In this document: piece after piece, positions 11,516-23,042 of the stretch
Layout: each line of letters starts with the position of its first letter
How positions within the stretch are numbered: the first letter of the stretch is position 1
Assembly (NCBI GenBank): GCA_030141605.1
Contig: JAQGDQ010001351.1
Span: forward strand, 1-45,174
Length of the DNA: 45,174 bases
DNA from: Tubiluchus corallicola
Lineage: Eukaryota; Animalia; Priapulida
Reading direction: 5' to 3'
Program-made: the position numbers and the translations under genes
Notes under the pieces: model-generated
Databases searched by the model: none
What the model saw: only the letters and a program-made list of their open reading frames with translations
Told to the model about the DNA's origin: nothing

Positions 11516-12907
11516 ATGATGGATGATGCTAGCAGTTCAATTAAAGATAGCAGTGTTCATTACAGCAGTCAGCAGTTCCTTGTACTTGACTCTCATTGTG
11601 TCAAAACCGAGCAAGATGCTCCTCCGGCTGATCAGTTTGTGGATGCCTTTACCACAAAACGTGAAGTTGAAGAATTCAAAACTGATCGATTTCTTATCAA
11701 AACGGAGCGTGCCGTCGCATCTGCAAGTGAGAATTCTAATGCGAAAAGTAAAAATCACATTGTTGAAGAAAGTACTTTTGAATGTAAAGAGTGCAATCTC
11801 ATTTTTGCCAACTCAAGTTATTTTCAACAACATTTGAGAAACCACACCAAGGACAAGCCTTGTAAGTGTGACTCATGTCCGGCAAGTTTCAAAATGCCTA
11901 GCAGTTTAAAAAGACACATGAAAATTCACTCTGGCGAAAAACATTTTAAATGTAATTATTGTGAAACTGCTTTCAGAGCACAAGAAAGCTTACAGCGACA
12001 TCTTAGAATTCATACTGGAGAAAAGCCTTTTGAGTGTAATCAGTGTGATTCCGCTTTCACTAACGCAACTGGCCTACAAAGACACTTAGTAAAACACACG
12101 GGTATATTACCTTTTAATTGTGACCAGTGCAATTCTGCTTTTGTGCAGCAATGTGACCTGAAGCGCCACCTTAAAACTCATACTGAAGAAAAACCTTTGA
12201 GGTGCACTTTGTGTGAAGCAACCTTTAGACATAATACTGATTTGAAACATCATTTCAGGAGTCATACAGGAGAAAGGCCTTTTAAATGCGACCAGTGCAG
12301 TGCAGCCTTTACTCGGTCATACCATCTGAAAAGACACTTTTTGACACATATTCCCAACAAGAAGCATCATAAACAAAATTACTTTGGTGAAAAGCCTTTT
12401 AACTGTGATGAATGTGGAGTTACGTTTACTTCTGCAAGTAGTCTGAAAGTTCACATTAGGAAGCACACAGGAGAACGTCCGTATTTGTGTAGTTACTGTG
12501 CTGCCACCTTTACTAGTGCAGGTGACCTAAACAAACATGTCTTAACTCACACAAGAGAAAGGCCTTATAAATGTAGTCAATGTGGTGCCGGTTTTAACCA
12601 CTGTAGCACCTTGAAAAATCATTTAAGAGGACATTCTGGGGAAAAACCTTTTTTATGTGCTCATTGTGGAACCAGGTTCACCTCTGCAAGCAATTTGTAC
12701 AGTCATCGCAGAACTCATTCTAAAGAAAAACCATACAAATGTCATCAGTGTGCAGCAGCCTTCACTAGAGCCGATAATCTTAAGATTCACTGTCGTAAGC
12801 ACACTGGAGAGTTGCCTTACAAGTGTGACCATTGTCCAGCTGCTTTTCCTGTACTAGTCAGATTAAGAAAGCACACTTGTGAGAGTTTTAAATTATCTAA
12901 ACACTGA
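11516..12907 (+). CDS. C2H2 zinc-finger protein, 463 aa (12 C2H2 fingers plus a terminal C2HC), single coding exon
   Basis: Tandem CxxC-x12-HxxxH units with TGEKP-type linkers, a splice acceptor TTTTTCAG at 11429, and an N-terminal region with VKTE/IKTE motifs. Confidence 0.95.
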   Translation: MMDDASSSIKDSSVHYSSQQFLVLDSHCVKTEQDAPPADQFVDAFTTKREVEEFKTDRFLIKTERAVASASENSNAKSKNHIVEESTFECKECNLIFANSSYFQQHLRNHTKDKPCKCDSCPASFKMPSSLKRHMKIHSGEKHFKCNYCETAFRAQESLQRHLRIHTGEKPFECNQCDSAFTNATGLQRHLVKHTGILPFNCDQCNSAFVQQCDLKRHLKTHTEEKPLRCTLCEATFRHNTDLKHHFRSHTGERPFKCDQCSAAFTRSYHLKRHFLTHIPNKKHHKQNYFGEKPFNCDECGVTFTSASSLKVHIRKHTGERPYLCSYCAATFTSAGDLNKHVLTHTRERPYKCSQCGAGFNHCSTLKNHLRGHSGEKPFLCAHCGTRFTSASNLYSHRRTHSKEKPYKCHQCAAAFTRADNLKIHCRKHTGELPYKCDHCPAAFPVLVRLRKHTCESFKLSKH

Positions 12908-13999
12908 GAAGTTATGTCACAGTTCATCATCGCGTTTGTACATGTATGATTAACACTTGCACTATTGCATTAAGCATGAAGTGACATTTTAAAAAACTGC
13001 TGACAGGTACAAGTTCTTCATAGTAGATGATCTCGAAGATTAAGATTGAGCCCAGTTTTGCATTAAAATATTTATGCTTTTAACATGTTTGACTTGTGGG
13101 CTAAAAAACCAAGCCCAAATTTATGTTACGTAATTTCTCTCGATATAGAAGTCTATAAAATTCTGAAGTATTTAGATACCACATAAGCTTATAACATGAG
13201 TCACTCCGCTTTTATTGTATATGAAATTTTATGGGCAAACTCTTCGTAAAGTGCAGTGACCGATAAGTAACATCTGTGTAACAAAGAGAAAGTGGTTTCG
13301 ATAAAAGAACACTAAATAAACTTTAGTATGCTACCTGTCAAAATGCGGTACTTTAGAGCAACGAGGAACACAAAGAATAAATCGAGGTCATATAACCATA
13401 AAATGTAAACATTATTTATTTTGAATAGAATGACATATAGTAATATTACTGATCAGAGGTTTCCCACTGTGCAACAAATACATTTTAGTTGAGAACTAGA
13501 GGATCTCGAAGATTTCAGTATATGAAGAGCACCCATATTGCTGTTTGCCAGGAGGCAATTTTTAACACATTTAACGATAAGAACTCCATGCAGCGTGAAG
13601 CAGATGTTTAACATTTAGAACGGTATATTATTTGCAGTTATGCTTTTGTGATTAGTGGAACAATTCTTAAATTAGTATAATTCGAAACATTTATATTTGT
13701 ACTTATGCTCTATGCAGTATTGCAGTATTATATGTAATTATTTTGTTGTTGTTATTTCAGCCTGATCATTGCTGCGATATCATAAATAAACCACTTTGAT
13801 TGATTCAGCAAAAACTTCCATAGTTATTTACATAGTAGTAACTTAGGAAGGTGGCAAAACAGGTTTTAACTGAAAGTTTCTTATGGCTATTAAAATAGAA
13901 AATTCTTAATCACAAGAATCGATATAGTTAGTAAAACGAACCACAACAAACAAATATGTGTTTGAAAATGAAAACTTTCCATAACCCTTGCCTCCAATA

Positions 14000-14201
14000 T
14001 TTGATCATAGGGTCCCTTATATGTGAGGTAATTTACTTGGGTTTCTATTACACGGGACTTGAAGGTATCATCCCTTATGACCAAAAGTCCTTTATATCCG
14101 AGTACCTCATATACGAAGATTTTTACATAGGAATTGGACATTACATAGGACCGGTATTGGTGGTCCCTTATAAGCAAGTACCTTATACCCGAGGTTGACT
14201 G
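14000..14201. mobile_element. Right end of a Tc1/pogo-like MITE
   Basis: Ends CTTATACCCGAGGTTGACTG-TA with repeated CCTTATA motifs. Its reverse complement matches TA-CAGTCAATTTCGGGTATAAGGTACT at 42997. Confidence 0.7.
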
Positions 14202-14349
14202 TATCTTTTGATGAAAGGACAGATATAGACTAACACGGAAGAATGAAATGAATGGATAAGTAATACTTTCTCTAGATTTTATAATTTATGACATGCTTGC
14301 TAGTTATAATGCAGCCAGTAATTGAGCTCAATTTTCTGTGCTTAATTAA

Positions 14350-14460
14350 CATAGACATAGAACATTTATTTTCTCCAGTTAGTTTAACATCAAAAGTAAT
14401 TATAATCATGGAGTAGGGCAGGGAAGGACCATAGGTTCATCTAGTCTCCTGCCCTTTCTT
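14350..14460 (-). mobile_element. 3' end of a CR1/L2-type LINE
   Basis: Minus strand reads GGGCAGGAGACTAGATGAACCTATGGTCCTTCCCTGCCC (stem-loop resembling CR1/L2 3' ends), then AATAAA and a short-repeat tail TCTATGTCTATG. Confidence 0.6.
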
Positions 14461-16309
14461 ATAAATAGATTAGTATATTAAAAATTAAGTTTGATGCTGC
14501 AGATAACAAGAACAAAAACCAATAAGAAAATAATAATAAAAACAGTATAAACGATACTGTATAACCAATTTCTACACATAGAAAGTATAAACAATTTTCT
14601 TCCAAACTATAAAATCTAAAAAATTACATGAACGGTGGTTTTTTTGTGCTTTTTTCTTTGCAGATAGTCCCTGGTCGAGGACCAGAATGTCTTGTCTTCC
14701 AATGTCATTACTGTAGAAATTTTGGTCATTTCCACAGGATTTAGTTTGTTTTTATTTACCTGTGCTGTTAAGTTCTTCTCCTGGGAACTGTGTCTTTACA
14801 TAAATACTCATAGGAAATGCTCAGAACTGAAGGTATTCTTATAACAAACTATGCATATGACTGTTTTACCAAAATGCTTGTATCATCTTCTATTTCTTAT
14901 ATGCGCTCTTCAAAATTGAATCAGCGCTGATTGTAATTATTATACAATAAACTATGTATAACTTGAGCACCTCGGGATAGAAAATTTGTTAAAGTTCGAG
15001 TTCGGCAATGTTACAATGCCTTGTAGCCCATGCTGTTGTAATACTAACATTTTTAACAGCTAGCTAGAATCTTACCTAGTTCATTTTTTCTTGTTCCCAA
15101 ACAAGGTACTGCTAGTAAGTCTCTCTATGCACAGACTAATGCATCATTAAGTGAAGTTCGCATAAAACAACTGAATTTGCTGAACTGATGTAACAGATTG
15201 TTTTGCTTTACCCTCATGTCACATACGGTTGTTATTAAGACACGTTGCTTTTGTACACTTAATCTTTGACCTGCAACAACTGCGCGTGTGAACAACGAAA
15301 CTGTGAAAAGGCTTATTGACTATGAAGTAAGTGTTACGAGATTTAGCTTTGTTTGCTTTTTTCCATTTATTTGTTCTTGTTTACTGTTTTTATTATAATT
15401 AGCAGCGACATCACCTCATGATACAATTCTTGTTAAAATAAGTCCTAAGATCAGAAGCTAACAAAATGTTTTAAATTTCATGTACATCTACTTTGTAACA
15501 GGAATGTTCAAAGAACAGAAAAAAACATTTCACATTGCTTTTATAAGCAAAATGGTTAAATTTAAAATTGGCGTCGTACAGCCATACATGCAAAATTAAT
15601 GTTAGCAGCAGCATATCAAAGACATTGCAACGAGCTAGGCTGATAGTTCTGTTCTGCCCATCTCCATCATGGATATATGAAGAACTCAACACAATTAATT
15701 GTGGTGTATTAGTAGCACCAGCGCCTATTAAATACCCGTGGTTATTTTTAATTACGTATATTTGCACAGTGTTTATGTCTAAGTCGGCCGGGCAACTGCT
15801 TGTGGTGTGTAATAAAACGCGCTTTATATGATAATTTTCGGAATATAAAATTTTTCAGCTATAATACACATTCTTTATTAAACAATCAAACATTATTGTA
15901 AACACAAAAGGCGGTCTCTGTACAATAATGTTTGGAACGTTGCCTGCATTCAATTGTTATTCAAAATAAAAACAATGTCGGAGTTCTAATGACGACTACA
16001 AGACAATGTTATGACGGTGTCAAACAAAGGCATTCGGGAAATCTCAATCCTATGCATCTCTGAGCACGCACATCTAATGCAATGATCCTATGATCATACT
16101 TAACATACAATAGGTGGGGTTAAAGTCAAAGTAACATCAATTGAAAGAAATAACAAGCAGAAACTCTGAGGTGAGTCTTCTAACTATTTAAACCAGCACT
16201 CTCTTGCTAGCATAGAATTGTTTATCGTACAAACGTTTTATTTAAACAATTTTATTTCACGACTTATGTTTTCAATAATTATTGTGCACTAAATAAAATA
16301 GATATTTTT

Positions 16310-16700
16310 CAAATGCTCTAATAAACTATAGACGTATAGACTGTTTAAATTTGAGTGTAAACTCGAAAGTCATGTTTTGATTACTAGTGTTCCTAGAACA
16401 CATAAGGAAACTTACACAAAATTCTGTGTTAGCGCACATAGATTACAAATTGAACCTGGACTATATACCAGACAACTCTTGTTGATACGAGAAAATGTAC
16501 TTTATGTAAGAATGGGAGCACGGAAGATGAATTTCACTTTAGTGTGCAATGCAATGCTTATTCTTAAATCAAATATCAGATATTTTTCCGGAATTCTCAC
16601 CCACGTGTGATATTCATAAATTTATATTTTTAAACAAAAGAGGAGACGTGGAAGTGAAGAAATTGTTGGTTAACTATGTGCATAAAGTTTCACAATACGT
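16310..16700 (+). mobile_element. Degenerate LINE ORF2 C-terminus (RTE-X/CR1-like zinc knuckle)
   Basis: TYRLFK...TKFCVSAHRLQIEPGLYTR, then after a frameshift RKCTLCKNGSTEDEFHFSVQCNAY. This matches the SAHxLxIExGRY...CxxC...EDEFHF..C motif. Confidence 0.75.
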
Positions 16701-16954
16701 GATTCTAAATTAATATGTACGAATTAGTTTTGCTAAGACTCACAGATGCACTGTGATATATATGTAGATGTGTTTGTTATAAATTATGGTATTCTTTTAT
16801 CAACTTCACTTAAAAAGAGCCCTGTATTTGTAGGGACGTGTTCCTGTATGAGTGATTTGTTAGTTCTGCTTGTGTTTATGTTTGTAAAATATATTATTAT
16901 TATTTACTTGTTTTAAAGATTCGCAAGTCTACAAAAGGGAATTCATACTTCACC

Positions 16955-17071
16955 ATGAATTTTATTACATGCACTCTGAATTTGGTTTCTATGATTGGCT
17001 TACCACTGTTGATGCTTACTCTGTGTGGTCTGAGCGCAGACACTGAAAGTGGATCCAATAAGACTAAGAAG
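16955..17071 (+). CDS. C-type lectin, coding exon 1 (signal peptide)
   Basis: CACCATG start; MNFITCTLNLVSMIGLPLLMLTLCGLSADTESGSNKTKK; donor AAG|GTACC in phase 0, matching exon 2. An upstream acceptor at 16918 and donor GAG|GTGAGT at 16170 suggest a 5'UTR exon. Confidence 0.7.
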
Positions 17072-17343
17072 GTACCAATTATTAGATTTTACCATTAAGA
17101 TTTTGGTGTTCTTTTGAAAATATAATCCGAATTTCGTTTTCTGAATAACGATTTAATAAAAATAAACTGTTTTAAACTGAATTTTGAATTGAAAGACGTG
17201 CCTTCGATATCATTTGATCTTTTAATGCATGACAAATGTTGAATGGGATCTAATTCGGTTGATTTATTACTCTGTACAGGCTTATTTCAAAATGCCTATC
17301 AACTGCTGCTAGCATAATAAATACTATTATAATTAGTACTCCT

Positions 17344-18226
17344 CAGAGCAGGAAAACGAAACCATTACAATAATTTCTCCATTTATTTTACCAACGTACT
17401 AACCATAAGCTTTAAATATTTACAAAGTTTTTGTCATAAACTGTCATAATCACCTGCCTAAATATCCCCACATTGCCCTCTGTGTGGCCCCTATAAGCTG
17501 AGGCTTCCTTGGTCTCCCTAAAACATACATAAACTAATGTTGTTGTTTATGTTAATAAGTCTACAAACCCACAAGCATTATTGGTAGGGGTGAGCATTAT
17601 TCTCTACCAGAAAGCGAATTCGAATTGAACCGAACTTCAGTGTTTCGAATTCAAATCGAATTCGAATTGAGAATGAAAGATTTTCGAACAAGTTTTCGAA
17701 CCACCAGTAAAAATTAGTCTTACGAAGATCATGCACATCACTCGATTTTGTTCTGCAATAAAACTACCAGTAATTTGTTTAAGTGTGCGCAGAAATCACA
17801 GCTAAATTATGCTAATTGCGTGACGTTTCAATCGTTTCAATGATTAAGAACATTATGTGATTGAAGTGTCGAATTATTCTAATCTACACTTTTAGGTTCG
17901 AATCGAGTTCGAACTAAAAAACTCGTTCGAATCGAATTCGAACATTGGAACTCGAATGTTTGATGCTCACCCCTAATTATTGCTAATCTATTTATGACAG
18001 AGCAGTAAAAATAACCATTACAATAATTTCTCCTTTTTTTACTAACGTACTTACCATAAGCTTTAAATATTTACAAAATTTTTGTCATCACTGCCTTCTT
18101 AAACATCACCATATTGTCCTCTAGGTGGCACCTATAATCTGCTGTGTCCTGGGTCTCCCTTAAACATACATAATCTAATGTTATGTTTATGTTAATAAGT
18201 TAACAAACATACACATTATTGGTAAT
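17344..18226 (+). repeat. Diverged local duplication of ~240 bp (17344-17584 and 17998-18226)
   Basis: Shared blocks AACCATTACAATAATTTCTCC, ACCATAAGCTTTAAATATTTACAAA, TGTTTATGTTAATAAGT and CATTATTGG. Confidence 0.85.
17585..17975. mobile_element. hAT-type MITE, 391 bp
   Basis: 13-bp TIR TAGGGGTGAGCAT / ATGCTCACCCCTA, 8-bp TSD ATTATTGG / ATTATTGC, and many subterminal TTCGAA motifs. Confidence 0.88.
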
Positions 18227-18595
18227 ATCTGTTTTACGTACATCATCTGAAATCTTTGTAAAACTGTTGCTGTGTTAATTCAAATAAATTTAAATCGAAA
18301 CCTGTTACCTAGATGACCGTTTACACTTTTGTACTTGAACCTGGAACACGCGAGCTAAACTGTGTGTAAACACTACATGTATTAGTGCTTCGTGTTTATA
18401 AATTCCTTACTACGTGGCAGGTCATGCAGGATTTATTCTGAAGTTTACCAAAGCCAATGGGCTTACATAAGTATGTCGGAAAATTGACATTTCATTATAC
18501 ACAATTCATGTTCGAAAGTAGGATATTTTGATGTATTTAAATTGCTGCAAATACACGCCTATAAAGCACACCTGCGTAGCACATTAATTTACATT

Positions 18596-20073
18596 TTTTG
18601 TTGCTTTTTTAAGCTGCTTTAATCCATTGTTGAGTTGCTTTTTAAGCTACTTTAATGCATTGTTGAGTTGCTTTTTAAGCTACTTTAATGCATTGTTGAG
18701 TTGCTTTTTAAGCTACTTTAATCCATTGTTGAGTTGCTTTTTAAGCTACTTTAATGCATTGTTGAGTTGCTTTTTAAGCTACTTTAATGCATTGTTGAGT
18801 TGCTTTTTAAGCTACTTTAATGCATTGTTGAGTTGCCTTTTTAAGCTACTTTAATCCATTGTTGAGTTGCTTTTTAAGCTACTTTAATCCATTGTTGAGT
18901 TGCTTTTTAAGCTACTTTAATCCATTGTTGAGTTGCTTTTTAAGCTACTTTAATGCATTGTTGAGTTGCCTTTTTAAGCTACTTTAATCCATTGTTGAGT
19001 TGCTTTTTAAGCTACTTTAATCCATTGTTGAGTTGCTTTTTAAGCTACTTTAATCCATTGTTGAGTTGCTTTTTAAGCTACTTTAATCCATTGTTGAGTT
19101 GCCTTTTTAAGCTACTTTAAAGCATTGTTGAGTTGCTTTTAAGCTACTTTAATCCATTGTTGAGTTGCTTTTTAGCTACTTTAATCCATTGTTGAGTTGC
19201 TTTTAAGCTACTTTAATGCATTGTTGAGTTGCTTTTAAGCTACTTTAATCCATTGTTGAGTTGCTTTTTAAGCTACTTTAATGCATTGTTGAGTTGCTTT
19301 TTAAGCTACTTTAATCCATTGTTGAGTTGCTTTTTAAGCTACTTTAATCCATTGTTGAGTTGCTTTTTAACTACTTTAATCCATTGTTGAGTTGCTTTTT
19401 AAGCTACTTTAATCCATTGTTGAGTTGCTTTTAAGCTACTTTAATCATTGTTGAGTTGCCTTTTAAGCTACTTTAATCCATTGTTGAGTTGCTTTTTAAG
19501 CTACTTTAATCCATTGTTGAGTTGCTTTTTAAGCTACTTTAATCCATTGTTGAGTTGCTTTTTAAGCTACTTTAATGCATTGTTGAGTTGCCCTTTTAAG
19601 CTACTTTAATCCATTGTTGAGTTGCTTTTTAAGCTACTTTAATGCATTGTTGAGTTGCTTTTTAAGCTACTTTAATCCATTGTTGAGTTGCTTTTTAAGC
19701 TACTTTAATCCATTGTTGAGTTGCTTTTTAAGCTACTTTAATCCATTGTTGAGTTGCTTTTTAAGCTACTTTAATGCATTGTTGAGTTGCTTTTAAGCTC
19801 TTTAATATTGTTGATTCTTTTTAAGCTACTTTAATCCATTGTTGAGTTGCTTTTTAAGCTACTTTAATCCATTGTTGAGTTGCTTTTTAAGCTACTTTAA
19901 TCCATTGTTGAGTTGCCTTTTTAAGCTACTTTAAAGCATTGTTGAGTTGCCCTTTTAAGCTACTTTAATCCATTGTTGAGTTGCTTTTTAAGCTACTTTA
20001 ATGCATTGTTTTGTTGTTTTTTAAGCTACTTTAATGCATTGTTTTGTTGTTTTTTTACACTGCTTTAATGCAT
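18596..20073. repeat. 33-bp minisatellite, about 44 copies, in lectin intron 1
   Basis: Unit TTGTTGAGTTGCTTTTTAAGCTACTTTAAT(C/G)CA. Confidence 0.97.
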
Positions 20074-20354
20074 TAAGTTGCTTTTCTATGCCTTATCATA
20101 TTTCTTCTTGCTAATGCTTGTTGCCATTATGATTCTAATCTCACACCCACAAACTATTATAATACATAGAGTGACTAGCGATTTAAATAATAATTTTACA
20201 GTCAAGTACATGCGTTATATTTTCACTGACAATTTTGCCCTCTTTTCAATTTGCATTTAATTTGAACTTAAGTTTTGCGCAAAGAATGGAAATTAACTTT
20301 ATTCAATTTCATGCCCTTGATTTTCTGCCACTACAATTTATTGTTGATTTATTT

Positions 20355-20505
20355 AAATTAGGGGTGACTCGACTCGGCAACCGTTTAGTTTTTCGCCACT
20401 CCGTATATATTGTATTATAATTGCATGTACTGTAATGTAATGTGATCATTGGGACAAATAAACATTTTATGTATTGATTGATTGATTGATATGGATTGAT
20501 TGATT
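20355..20505 (+). mobile_element. 3' end of an L2/CR1-like LINE
   Basis: GC-richer stem-like block, then AATAAA and an (ATTG)n tail. Confidence 0.45.
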
Positions 20506-20568
20506 ATGTATAAATTTACAACAAGAATTGCCTCCATTAAAACATCTTTGCTTACGTATTCGCCTTAG

Positions 20569-20773
20569 GTAACGTTTCGGTCGCAGTCAGTGTCGTGTGC
20601 TGCTTGTTGCAAAAATGGCGGAGAATTCTACAATGGACATTGCTACTTGTTTTACAAGCCGAGAATAAATTGGTGGCAAGCTCTGATGAATTGTTTAATG
20701 ATAGACAGCAACTTACTAGCGGTTGAAACTGAACATGAACATGAGTTCGTAGTCAACTACATGGAAACGAAAG
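20569..20773 (+). CDS. C-type lectin, coding exon 2 (N-terminal half of CTLD)
   Basis: Acceptor CCTTAG|G; VTFRSQSVSCAACCKNGGEFYNGHCYLFYKPRINWWQALMNCLMIDSNLLAVETEHEHEFVVNYMETK; ends at AAG|GCAAGT (phase 1). Confidence 0.88.
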
Positions 20774-20889
20774 GCAAGTATTATTTTAGGTCATCAACAA
20801 GAATATTTTTACTTTGTTATATAGGTTAATCATATGAATAATCATAAGCCAGGATAATTTGATTTACCAAGTTTTTGTCAAAGAGTCGG

Positions 20890-21565
20890 ATCTGGTCGTA
20901 GCGACTCGTGTGTAGGTACTGTGGACCTGCAGCACCCCCCATTTTACTCATCCTCATCATCATCATAAGCCCGTCACGTCTATTGTAGACGTTGGGCAGG
21001 CAGAATTCTAAAATAAAAGAAATTTGCCTTCAGACAGGTAAACGCAGCAGTAATCCAGCAAAAAAAAAACAGACACTGCTACGCCAGTCGAGTCTTTTTT
21101 TTCTTTAGTTCTTTCTATATACTTGTATGATCCAGAGCGCGTGAGGAAAGTACTGTTTACTTCACATCACAGTGCACTGATAGCTCAAGCAACGTGGTGT
21201 TTGGTTGTCGTGCGCATGCGGCCATGCGCACATGTCTCAGATAAGACGGTGTACTTTAGGTAAAGAAAGTACGGTCGCTCACGCGTGTGTGTTGTCAGTT
21301 GTCAAGTGCTTAAAAGCGCCGTGTACCGAAATAACTGCGGCAATTTGGGCTATTCATAAACAAACATTGTTTTGTCTTTAGGATTTTATCAAGTTTATAC
21401 GTTAATTTTCGTATGTTTGTTTATTTAAAAATACAAAAAATTCACAAATTACATTATTACAATATTAAAATTACAAGTTTGTTTCGTTTTAAACAGCATT
21501 AAAACAATGGCTAAGAATATTCTGAAGCAGCACCCCCAGTAATTTTAACTACGAGTCACGACTTG
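20890..21565 (+). mobile_element. Dispersed repeat copy 2 (homologous to 10865-11325), interrupted by the SINE-like element
   Basis: Inverted homology to 10865-11325; partial terminal inversion GACTCGT / ACGAGTC. Confidence 0.65.
20949..21088 (-). mobile_element. Second copy of the RTE-related short retroposon
   Basis: Reverse complement of 6180-6316, with a perfect ACGTCTA-CAA-TAGACGT hairpin and (CAT)n on the + strand. Confidence 0.8.
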
Positions 21566-21955
21566 GGAGATCTCTGTAAGCTCTCTAGGGGGTGCATTTT
21601 ACTGTTTTTGCGGACGTCCTGGAGTTGAGTGCATGTAAGAACATTAAGAGCACTTCATCTTCAAAGACAACTTATTTTTATAAAAAAATATTTCAATAAT
21701 TTATATTGACTTTATTTGGCTTCCAAAATAGGATACGCCCCCTCCCCCCACTTCAAACCTGTCTTTGTTTCAAAATGCAATTTGAAAAGTGTACTCATCT
21801 CAAAAATACATATAAAATTTGCAAAATTTAATGTAAATTCAAATTTTCACCATTGCTGTTTTTGCAGTTATGCATTTAATTTGTTCATGTCTACCCAATT
21901 TTTTTTCACCATCTTCAAAATGCAACTTTAAAGTAATCAAGAAGTCTTTTTATAG

Positions 21956-22182
21956 ACATCCCAGATATCTGGTTGGGTGGAACAGATCAACATCAAAAAG
22001 GTGACTGGAGATGGGTTGCCAATGGTCAGCCTTATACATTCACCAATTGGTATGAGGGTCTACCTGACTTTAATGGATTGGAGAACTGTTCAGAAATCCA
22101 TAGCTTTTTGGACTACAAATGGAACGATGCTTTCTGTTTCAATAACATGTCTGCATACGTCTGTGAATCTACTGCAAACTAG
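21956..22182 (+). CDS. C-type lectin, coding exon 3 (C-terminal half of CTLD)
   Basis: Acceptor TTTTTATAG| in phase 1; IWLGGTD...GDWRW...FTNWYEGLPDFNGLENC...KWNDAFC...YVCE, with WIGL-like, WND and conserved Cys motifs. Confidence 0.92.
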
Positions 22183-22196
22183 ACACTACTGCTTAA

Positions 22197-23042
22197 CTCC
22201 TTCAGGACCGCACCATTCAAAATAGCTCTTATAAAACCTATGGATTTTCTGCTACTGTATGATCACAGACATAAATAAATGATTACAAATTAGGTACTGT
22301 TCTATTCAGGAGAATCTCGGCTATCCAATCATGCTGTTTGTTTCAACATTTATAAGTGATTCAATTGGATAAAATTAAGAAGAACACACCTTTTTCAGGC
22401 ACTCCAACTAGTCTGGTATACACACTAATTTAATGATCGCCTGTGCAATGTTCTGCTACTATTCCAGGAAAAACCAACCCATCAGACTTGTAAGTGATAT
22501 GATTGGATGAAATTGAAAAAGAACATGCCCTTTTCAGGCACTTTGAGTTAATCTATTGAGCAGGTTAGGCAAGTGTACTCTTGTGTGATCATACACACTA
22601 ATTTATTCATCGCCTGCTTACTACATCCCAACTATGCAGTATTCTTCTGGTATTCCAGGTAAAAGCCAACCAATCAGCCAAGGATAAATTAAGACCATTC
22701 CATCTTTTAAGAGGAATTTCTCCTTAAAAACAGAGTAGACTTGAAGCCAAAGTGTATCAGTTCGTCGTGTCTGGATAGTTGAAATTTTCCACATTGTATG
22801 ATTTCACACAAGTGATACTGTTACATTGGTACAGTGCAAACACTGCAGTCACAAAAAGCTTTGTTCAATGTAAACGTCAAAAATGGACTTTCAGTTTGTT
22901 TAAGGTAAAGAAATTCATTTCGTATATAATATTGCAAGAAAAACCATTGTGTGAGGAGTAGAAACCTACAAAAATTATCAAATATAACTTAATCGCTACT
23001 TAGTGAGAGCAGTTTTTCATGCTGCTTACGGTCCTGAAGGAG
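22197..23042. mobile_element. piggyBac-type non-autonomous element, 846 bp
   Basis: TTAA on both sides (22193-96, 23043-46), perfect 14-bp TIR CTCCTTCAGGACCG / CGGTCCTGAAGGAG, and an internal diverged direct repeat at about 22350-22680. Confidence 0.9.

Noticed and set aside
18596-20073. Repeat ORFs (LLSCFLSYFNA) or a CRISPR-like array
   Set aside because: The 33-bp units are head-to-tail with no unique spacers, and frequent indels break the frame.
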